This document shows positions 50,363-58,992 of a stretch of DNA of 64,000 nt, piece after piece. The notes under the pieces are model-generated. The model searched no databases. It had not been told where the DNA came from and was given only the letters and a program-made list of their open reading frames with translations. Source of the stretch: Diplonema japonicum (lineage: Eukaryota; Protista; Euglenozoa: Diplonemea); the NCBI GenBank assembly GCA_964019335.1, contig OZ025691.1, positions 1 to 64,000 on the forward strand, given 5' to 3'. A program made the translations under genes and the position numbers. How positions within the stretch are numbered: the first letter of the stretch is position 1; each line of letters opens with the position of its first letter.

Positions 50363-50562
50363 NNNNNNNNNNNNNNNNNNNNNNNNNNNNNNNNNNNNNN
50401 NNNNNNNNNNNNNNNNNNNNNNNNNNNNNNNNNNNNNNNNNNNNNNNNNNNNNNNNNNNNNNNNNNNNNNNNNNNNNNNNNNNNNNNNNNNNNNNNNNNN
50501 NNNNNNNNNNNNNNNNNNNNNNNNNNNNNNNNNNNNNNNNNNNNNNNNNNNNNNNNNNNNNN
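50363..50562. other. Assembly gap (200 N)
   Basis: Run of N. Confidence 1.
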
Positions 50563-50803
50563 ACCCCGTCGCATAAGGCATCAAAGAAAGAGAAGAGATC
50601 CTTCGCGGAGGCGAACCAGAAGAAGGAACTCAAGGAGGCTAAGGATCTCCCGCAACTCCCTGACAACAGCGACCTCCTCAACCAACTGTCGATTCTAAAG
50701 CAGGAGGCAAACGAACTCGGAAAATCACTGAACGCCATAGCCGAGTGGATCGCGCTCATGGTGCCCGCTATCAAAGAAGAAGACAATGCTGGTGTTGAGG
50801 TGT

Positions 50804-50850
<47 letters not shown>

Positions 50851-51155
50851 AGGTTCAAATGCAAGTTCACTCCGAACTCATGGGCCTGACCAAAGAAGTG
50901 GAGGGGAAGTACGAACTGGAGTCCGACTACTTGGAGGGCCGGGCTAACATGGAAAGCAAGTACTATAAACACTTTCTCGCACCTTCTTGGTACAAGGTCA
51001 TTGAGAAGCACGACCAGAACCGCTGGGACGATTTGGAACTGGCTTGGAAGGAGCTCGTGCGAATCACCCTCACAGGCTACACACTGCTGACTAACAATAT
51101 GGAAAAACTGAAAAACCCGCGTTCGGGATCTCTTGCAAGCTTCATGACCATGTAA
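50563..51155 (+). CDS. 11S proteasome activator PA26/PA28, 5' part lost in the gap (intron 50800-50852)
   Basis: Activation loop VPAIKEEDNAGVEVQ (PA26-type KEEDN), C-terminal NMEKLKNPR. Confidence 0.85.
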
Positions 51156-51254
51156 TCATTTTTTTTTTTTTTTTTTTTTTTTTCGTTTCAAGTGTTTTCA
51201 ACTTTTTTTCCACCCATCTAACCCATCACCCTTTTCTTTTTTTTTTTTTCCAGT

Positions 51255-51285
<31 letters not shown>

Positions 51286-51537
51286 CCCCTTTCTTCCTCC
51301 ATAATCATAATAAATGGTGATAGGGGAAAAAGAAAAAAAAAGAAAAAAAAAGGAAAAGGGGAAAACAAAAATGAAAGGGAAGAAGAAAAAAAAAAAAAAA
51401 AAAAAGTGTTTTCAGAAGAAAAAAATGTAATTCGTGTAAGCTATTTACCCCCCCCCCCCCCCCGAATTGATCTCAAGAAAAAAAGAAGAAAAAAAACCAA
51501 AAGGAGGGAGACAGAAAAAGAAAAGAAGAAGAAAAAA

Positions 51538-52314
51538 ATGCCTCAAAACTTTCGGTGTCCCGCCAGCGATGCCGTTGTAAAAGAAACAGCGGAAAGCATG
51601 ACCGAAAGGCTGAAGGATTTCGTGAAAACATGTCCCGGGCTGGCGCAGCAGTTCGAAAAGGATTTGAAGAGGGTGAAGGAGAACATGAAGAAATGGCAGG
51701 AAAACCGCCCAGAGAGCGTGGCATCCCACAGATTAGAAATACAAGAGGACGACCTCACCGAACTGCTCAAAACGGGTTTGAAATGGGACACGATGAAACA
51801 TGTGGGAAAACGGAAAAGAAGGGAACCCGTTCCGGAGAGCGGAGCCGACTTGCCCACCGTCAAGGCGGCCAGGTCCCTCCACAACGAGGTCTTGTCTGTA
51901 GTGCAAACCGCTGAAAAACTGGACGGAACTCTACTGGAAATGATCTGGGTGATGGAGTTCCTCACACCAACCCCTAGAGAAGGCTTCGACCCACCCATTA
52001 CCCTCCTATCACTCAAAGCCGTAATCATTTCCATCAAAGAAATCCTCAAACCCATGAAATTTCTCGCCTCCGAATTCTACGCTAGCCGGCTTGTCATGGA
52101 AGAGGAATACTACAAAAGATTCCTCACATGCGACTGGAAGGACGCCATAGATGCATTCGATTTGTGCACGTGGCAAAAACTCGTGAGGTCGCAAAGGCTC
52201 TTCATACAAGTCACTCTGTACATCGCAGACCTGCTTTCAAAGAACAACGACAAACTGGAAAAAAACTTCGAGTTCAAGAAAAGCAACACAACAAGCATCC
52301 ACATGGTCTGTTAG
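51538..52314 (+). CDS. Divergent PA28/PA26 paralogue
   Basis: SEFYASRLVMEEEYYKRFL..W..AI...D...W..L aligns with SDYLEGRANMESKYYKHFL..W..VI...D...W..L of the upstream gene. Confidence 0.7.
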   Translation: MPQNFRCPASDAVVKETAESMTERLKDFVKTCPGLAQQFEKDLKRVKENMKKWQENRPESVASHRLEIQEDDLTELLKTGLKWDTMKHVGKRKRREPVPESGADLPTVKAARSLHNEVLSVVQTAEKLDGTLLEMIWVMEFLTPTPREGFDPPITLLSLKAVIISIKEILKPMKFLASEFYASRLVMEEEYYKRFLTCDWKDAIDAFDLCTWQKLVRSQRLFIQVTLYIADLLSKNNDKLEKNFEFKKSNTTSIHMVC

Positions 52315-52322
52315 TAACAGCG

Positions 52323-52368
<46 letters not shown>

Positions 52369-52465
52369 ATTAGAAGTGTCTTTTTTTCGTGTCATTTTTT
52401 TTTTTTTTTTTTTTTTCCCTTCAAAGCCGCATGATGTTTATCTTAAAAAAAAGGGGGAGGGGGAA

Positions 52466-54352
52466 ATGGAATCAGGGTCCGACCGGCAGAGCTCTATTTT
52501 CGGCAACTTCGTGTCGTTCAGTATTTGGCGCAAGCAGGATGAGATTTCAGTGTTCTCTGCGCAGACTGTTATGTCCGACAACACACATGGTGGTGACTCG
52601 TTGCAGCCCGTTGTCAATGAGCCGCTTCTTCCCTACACAGCTGTGTTTCTGTCGCTGTGGTCGATTTATGCTTTCTACATCATGTGGTCTTCCGGTACAC
52701 TCACACTGCAAGACTGCAGCATTGTGGTAGCCTGTCTCTCCACCATTTTGGCATTGTTTCTTAACCGAATCAAAGCACTCCGCCACCCGAACCTCTATTT
52801 CACGATCCTTCTCATATGCATTTGTTTGCGTGACTGGGGGAACGCTGGCCGGTTCGAGTCCTGGCCTCTTATCCTTTTCGCAGTTAAGTTCAACCGCAAA
52901 CCATCGAGATCCTTCACCACGTGTGTTGCAATGGTGTTGGTATATCTCGTACTGCGCAGCGTGGAAGATTTTTTCGCGTTTGGATTCTTCACCGACATGG
53001 GTGAGGACAGGTTCCGGGTAGCAGGTTTGATTGAAGCCATCATAACACGGCTGGCGGTGTCGGTGTACATATGGCGTGAAACAACGCTTTTTGACTCCCA
53101 CGCGGTGACCCCACGTGAGTTTGAAGATTTTTTAGTAGCGTTGTCGGCCTACGACATCAATAAGGCGAGGCTCGTGTTGGGCAACATGAGCGTGCAAGAC
53201 GCAAGAATAAGGCATTTGATGACGTTGGTCATCAACAGCTTGAACGATATCATATGTTACGTGCCGAAGTGTGTTCTGCCAAAGAAGTCGTCTGTCCGAA
53301 GCACTGATACAGACTGGCGGCAGATGCGGTCTCGGAACAATCCTTCCGTCGCAACGTTGAAATCGATAGCGCACTCATCGATGTCCTCTCAGAGTATACT
53401 TGACATCTCTTCAATACGGCAAACAAGCTTGCCTGCCAATAAGCGAGTGAAGGGTGCCATGGCGATCATCACGATTGGGGAGGAGCCGAAACTGACGAAC
53501 ACAGGGATGGTCGCTCAGTTCGAAGTGTTTTGTTCAGTTGTCATAGCGGCAATCACTGTGCACAGAGGCAACGTGGAACGACATGCTCCCGGGAAACTAG
53601 TAGCAACATGGGGTGTATGGAATGGTTCTTACTGCACAGCACCACAGCTTGCTGTTGCAACGTGCATGTCGACAACAAAGTCGTACCAGTCAAAGACAGG
53701 GAAAGTCTGTTCATGCGGTGTTGCAATGGGAGACATGATCGCGGGGAATCTCATGGCAGAGGGTATCGGGTCACCATTTGTTGTTGGACAACCTGTATCA
53801 ATGTGTCAGGCATTGACTGCATTGGCACGGCAGTTCTCTGTTGGTGTTTTGACAGATGCAGCGACGAGAGATGCGACGCAAGCAGACTTTAGGTATCGTG
53901 CTATAGATGTGATCGCAAATGTGCCGAATATACCAATGTCGCATCTTGTGTGTGAAGTGTTGTCTGCATTGTCTTTCAACCAGAAGAACGAGGAGTGGAT
54001 GTATGTTATCTCGAGTAAGTCCGCAAGCGAGTACTCAGCCTTCGAAGATGGTTTTACTGCGTTGCGAGCTGGTAAGCTAGAAGAGGCCCATGATCACCTT
54101 CTCGCACACGTCATTAAAATGCCTGGTGACAATGTGGCGCGTCGTATCCTCGCAGCGGTTCACATCGCTGTGAATGGAGAGAGAATCAAAAAGGAACAGA
54201 CGCAAGCCGACAACCCCCTCCTTGACGACATCTCGTTTCCTGCGACAACTTGTACATCCCTCCCATGCCCTTTCTCGCGCCCGTGTCTGGACAGATTCCC
54301 CACTTTCCCAGGTGAAGATACTTATGTTTCTGTCACTTCCAAGTTGCTGTAG
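52466..54352 (+). CDS. Multi-pass membrane protein with a degenerate class III nucleotide cyclase domain
   Basis: About 6 hydrophobic segments, then RGNVERHAPGKLVATWG, CGVAMGDMIAGNL, VVGQPVSMCQAL. Confidence 0.75.
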   Translation: MESGSDRQSSIFGNFVSFSIWRKQDEISVFSAQTVMSDNTHGGDSLQPVVNEPLLPYTAVFLSLWSIYAFYIMWSSGTLTLQDCSIVVACLSTILALFLNRIKALRHPNLYFTILLICICLRDWGNAGRFESWPLILFAVKFNRKPSRSFTTCVAMVLVYLVLRSVEDFFAFGFFTDMGEDRFRVAGLIEAIITRLAVSVYIWRETTLFDSHAVTPREFEDFLVALSAYDINKARLVLGNMSVQDARIRHLMTLVINSLNDIICYVPKCVLPKKSSVRSTDTDWRQMRSRNNPSVATLKSIAHSSMSSQSILDISSIRQTSLPANKRVKGAMAIITIGEEPKLTNTGMVAQFEVFCSVVIAAITVHRGNVERHAPGKLVATWGVWNGSYCTAPQLAVATCMSTTKSYQSKTGKVCSCGVAMGDMIAGNLMAEGIGSPFVVGQPVSMCQALTALARQFSVGVLTDAATRDATQADFRYRAIDVIANVPNIPMSHLVCEVLSALSFNQKNEEWMYVISSKSASEYSAFEDGFTALRAGKLEEAHDHLLAHVIKMPGDNVARRILAAVHIAVNGERIKKEQTQADNPLLDDISFPATTCTSLPCPFSRPCLDRFPTFPGEDTYVSVTSKLL

Positions 54353-54429
54353 CGAGTTCAGCCGTGCGGGGGTGAAGCTTTTATTCTTCAAGGAGGAAAG
54401 ATGTATTTTTTTTTTTTTTTTCTTTTTTT

Positions 54430-55270
54430 TGTGCAATCACTGGCGCCATACTGCCCCTTCATCCCAGAGCTTACGGCGATTTGTCAGGCACACGTGCGAA
54501 ATGCCTTGGGTGTGACGCACTCTACGACGTTAGGAATGGAACCAGCAGCCTCCTGCAGCATACCATTTGGCACGTCCAGCTCACGCCGGCTATAGGACAG
54601 CCAACTCCGGCCGCAAGTGGCTGGTGCAAGAACACAGGAGCTGGCCGAACTGCACCCAGATACACGGAATCATTACAACGGACTCGGACATCAGCCTGCC
54701 AAGAGTCAAGGAACTCCACCTGATGCTTGCAGATATTGCAGGAAAACTCGATTGTCTGCACGCCGACAAGCAGGTCAGGTACGCAAACCAGCATTTCTGG
54801 AATAGACCTTTCCAGCCAGGGAACCTCAACCCCGAAACCTCTCACTTGGTACCACAAGAACGGGCTGGCGAAGAAGTACTTCCCAGGCCTAATCCCGTTT
54901 ATCCTCAAATGGCTGAAAGCCCTCAAGTGGGGCAAGGACGGTGGGCAGGTGTCCAAGGCGGAACTTGCAGTCGACCTAATTGCAACAGAAAGGATCCACA
55001 TGGATGGTGAAGACCTAGCGAGCTGGGCAAGAAAAATCGGCGGAATCCTAAGAGTTTTGGACAGGATTCACCAAAAAGGCACGGGGTTTGTGAAACATAA
55101 TGCTGGGATGCACAGTATGCTTGCAGCCCACCAGGACGAAGAACACTAGGATCGCCACAACACTGGATGCGGTCTGACGTAGAATCCTGGTTCCAAGTGG
55201 GCCACTTCTGGTAAGCAGGACTGGCGACGCGGGATGAACCGAGAGCTGACTTAAGGTGTCGCTCGTCAGG
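54430..55270 (+). pseudogene. Frameshifted remnant, possibly the 3' part of a non-LTR retrotransposon
   Basis: Broken overlapping ORFs. WLKALKW...VSKAELAVDL resembles C-termini of some protist LINE proteins (recall only). Confidence 0.35.
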
Positions 55271-55659
55271 GCGTGCCACATACCACGTCTTTTTTTTCTT
55301 TCTTTTTTAAAGGTGGTGGGGATAACATGGAAATATAAGAAGTACATCAGATGTGTTGTTCGCTGTTGACCTCCTCGTCGGTCATCACCGGTAGCGCCCG
55401 AGTGGAAGAACGTAACGCAGATGCTCAGGGTGACGAACAGGCAGCAAACTGCACGAGCGCAGAATCTTGGTTACCCGGGACGCCCCGGCTAGGGTTGAGC
55501 ACACCGCACGCATTAAGGACACGACGCGGAACGCAGAAGAAGCCACTGCTCGGCCGAGGAGCGCCCCCTGTAATCAAGTAGGTAGTTCGTGCTTCATTGC
55601 ACGCTTAACGCCACCTAGTGTTGCAATCAAAGCCCCATTTTTTTTTTTTTTTTTTTTTT

Positions 55660-55945
55660 TTCCACTCTGAAATTACTTGACGCACTCGGGGGCCATTACT
55701 TCACGCTAACTTATAATGGCCACTGTTTTCCCGTGAAGTAATGGTGCTTTCGGTAAATAACCCCCGTCACCCCTTTGTGTCCCTCGTGGTGAAGTAATTT
55801 CAGAGTCGTGAAATAAAACCACTTACCTACCGCCAAGTAATGCTTTACCGACCTTTCGGTTCCCTGCGGGCCCTCGATGGTAAAATGCGGAACCTCGAGG
55901 TAACGGTAAAGTCATTACTTGTTGGCAGCAAATATCTATTCTTTT
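55660..55945. mobile_element. Double-hairpin element (Crypton-like), copy 2
   Basis: IR ACTCTGAAATTACTT (55664-55678) / AAGTAATTTCAGAGT (55792-55806). Shares TGAAATAAAAC.ACTTAC...CCGCCAA, CCCTGCGGGCCCT and TTGTTGGCA with copy 1. Confidence 0.5.
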
Positions 55946-56184
55946 TTTCAAATCCAGTGGTTGTTGTAGGTGCTTGAAAAAAAAAAAAAAAAAAAAAAAA
56001 AAACGCCAGGAAGAAAAAAATTACCGAAGCCAGAAGCTCCGGCGGTTTTTACTTCCGCTAATTTATTGTTTTACAGTATTTCTTTGTTTGCCTACTTTTT
56101 TTTTTATTTCGACTTTTTCGCTTTTTTTTTTTTTTGAGGGCTTAAAAAGTGCCTTTTGGCACCCGGGGGGGGGGGGGGGGGGTA

Positions 56185-56797
56185 GGGGGGGTCACATGGT
56201 CCTAAAAAACGTGGTTAAACGTGAAAAAAAAAATTTTTTTTAAAAATTTTTCCCCTAAGGTAAAAAAAACCGCCCAATACCCTCCAAATTAACCAAAAAA
56301 TCAAAATTCGCCGGAGTAGAGCATTTCTGGGCTGCTTTATCTGTATTTTTGAAAAACAGTGACCACGGTTTGGTACCTGAAATATTTGCAAAAACAAACT
56401 ACATCCTAACCTCGGGAAAATGATAGATATTCATCAGAAATGTCGCGCAAAACACAGAAAAGTTCACAATCGGACAATGTAAGACAGTACTCTGCCGTTC
56501 AAACGGTAGCGGCGTCCTAAAGAGCCGCGTTCAAAGGGTGGAACAAACCATGGTCAAATTCTAAAGTTTTCAGAAAACTCAGAAACTACAGGGGAGACAA
56601 CAGGCCAGGTACCAAACCGTGGTCACCAGTTTTAAAAATGCAAAATAATGCCTTGTAGGTGCCCAAAAATGAAAAGTACCGGGCGGAAATCGATTTCTTG
56701 GTCGAGAAAGGGGTGTTTTACATGGTTTAAGCGGCTCCAGTGTTCTGCATTTCCGAATTTGAAAAAACCCACTTTACCACCCCCATGTGACCCCCCC
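56185..56797. mobile_element. MITE family A, inverted copy
   Basis: Reverse complement of 9944-10568. Confidence 0.85.
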
Positions 56798-56799
56798 TA

Positions 56800-57732
56800 G
56801 GGCTATGCTGGCATGGAAACGCGTTTCCATGCATTTTTTGAAAAAAAGGGAAACGGAAACGGAAACGGAAACGTTTCCCTATTTTGGGGCCGTTTCCTTG
56901 GGGCAGAAACGTTTCCTTATTTTGGGGGTTTTAGAGACTTATTTTTTGGGGGCAAATCACTCGGAAGAAATATACGAGACAAAGGGGGCCAGTGTTGGTG
57001 GCGCCCTGGGGAAATAAAACAACATTTCAATCCGACTCGCTGTCTTCATCGACGTCAAAGTATGATTGTGCCGCCTGTGTGAGTGTCCAGTTCTTCGTGT
57101 TGTATTTGATGCGAGTCATGCTGTGTGCCCTGTATGTAAACTTACGGGGGGAGAAGACGGGTGAGAACAGACCTGTCTTCGTTCAGGCTGAATCTCTTTT
57201 TCCCCATGACATCAGCGTACACAGCCCATCCCTTCTCACTCGGCGCAACAGTGACAATTTGGCCTAGCACCAAGCACGCCACCTTCTGCAGAATGCGGAA
57301 TCTCCCCCCAAACTGCGACCACCATTTGTAAGCAGGCCACTTGTCCTGCCTGTCTGGGTGGGCTTGTTTGGAACATGTGGGCGCGGAGTCTGCTGGTTGA
57401 CGCTACTGTCAAGACCATATCACAGAAGCGACATTTTACTGTCTTCTTCTTCCCATCCTCCGCCTGAACCTTCACCCCATCCCACAAAGCGTCTCCCAGG
57501 GGGTGCTTTCTCTGGACCATGTTTACTTTCGTTTTTGTAGAGACCAACGTGTGCTTTCCTTGTAAAACCCCAAAAAAGTAAGTATCTTCAAAAACCCCAA
57601 ATAAATAAGGACCTTCCAAACAGTGTTTACCGAAATATACATAGCCGTTTCCATAACCATGGAAACGCGTTTCCATGAGAATTTTGAAAACATGGAAACG
57701 GAAACGTTCCACGTTTCCTGCCAGCATAGCCC
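56800..57732 (-). mobile_element. Family B internally deleted transposon with a BED zinc-finger fragment
   Basis: Same TIRs as 9862-9941. Minus-strand 57520-57236 encodes LW...VKCRFCDMVL..ASTSRLRAH (zf-BED). Confidence 0.8.
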
Positions 57733-58306
57733 TAGGGGGGGGCGACATCTGATAATTGGGTCGAAGCAGTGCTGATTCAGTTCAAGACCTTTTTTTTTTC
57801 TTCAAGTGCCAATGTGCTCCATGGGGAAACACCTAGGGAAGGATAAGGGAGGAGCTTCTGCAAGCAGGAGGAACCGGACAGCCGAAGAGGGCTGAAATTC
57901 TATTTGATTCTCAGTCGAGTGAGAGAAAAAAAAATTGTGCGTGCACTCACGACAATAAGGTTTAGCCTAGAGCCAAGGGAAGCGCAGTGATCAACCTGGG
58001 GTTCGGAAGGACAAAAACCCGGACGACTTTTGTCTCCAGACCCAAGGTGGGCAACGACACTCCTCACAAGCGAGTGATTTCCCCATGTTGGGTGGTGGAT
58101 GACGGTCACCTGACATGAGCGCCTTCCCTTATTCACCTCCCTTTTTTTTTGTTGTGTAACAACTTTCTTTCATTACTGTTGTGTCTGTCAGTTTCCTGTT
58201 TCCACAGGAGCAAGCAAAAAAAAGGGACTCAAGAGGAGAAAAAAGTAACCTCTCGTTTAAAAAAAAAGGGGGACTTTCATTCTTCTTTTTTTTAGCTTAA
58301 AAAGAA

Positions 58307-58378
58307 GGGCTCAGCAGGGAATCGAACCCTGGACCTCTCGCACCCAAAGCGAGAATCATGCCACTAGACCACTAAGCC
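58307..58378 (-). tRNA. tRNA-Pro(TGG)
   Basis: GGCTTAGTGGTCTAGTGGCATGATTCTCGCTTTGGGTGCGAGAGGTCCAGGGTTCGATTCCCTGCTGAGCCC cloverleaf. Confidence 0.96.
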
Positions 58379-58533
58379 GGTTCCCTTTTTTTAATAATAA
58401 TAATAAATGAACCACTGACGTGCGAAGCAAAGGCTGGGGGGGGGGGGACAGAACAGGTGGACCAAGGGTCTCCCTGTATCTAACGAAAGGGGGAAAGGAA
58501 TGTGATAACCTTGAAACTTCCGCTAAACTATCC

Positions 58534-58729
58534 ATACGTACCGAGGACGGAGGTGGGGCCGGTTCGTGGGCTCCAGTGTTCGCGACTTCGCCCACCTCCG
58601 TGACCCCGGCAGCTCTCCAGCCCGCTTCCCAAGCCAGCACCCTTCGGGCGAACCTCCGGGTTTTTGAGGAGTGGGGTACCTCGTCCGTGCTCGCCCTCAC
58701 GAGCGGCACACTGGCACGGAGGCATCCCC
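58534..58729 (+). ncRNA. Candidate divergent U1 snRNA
   Basis: 5' ATACGTACC, helix H GAGG/CCTC, internal stem-loops, Sm-like GGTTTTTGA, terminal hairpin. Canonical U1-70K and U1A loops not seen. Confidence 0.4.
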
Positions 58730-58916
58730 TTCAGCCAGCTTTGTTGGGCGGCGGAGCCTTAGAAAATTCAAAACAAAGGGAAATGATACGGGGGGATGTG
58801 TGAAGGGGCGGGGAAAGGTGAAGACAGAAGTTGGGGTGCACGACAGGGTAATAATGGGAAACACAGGGGGAGGGGGAGAGGGTTCACTAGTACTTTTTGG
58901 TTCACTTTTTTCTGTT

Positions 58917-58947
<31 letters not shown>

Positions 58948-58992
58948 CTACGTCCTGCGATTGCGGTCAGCGGCTCGGCGGTCGTGAGAGTC

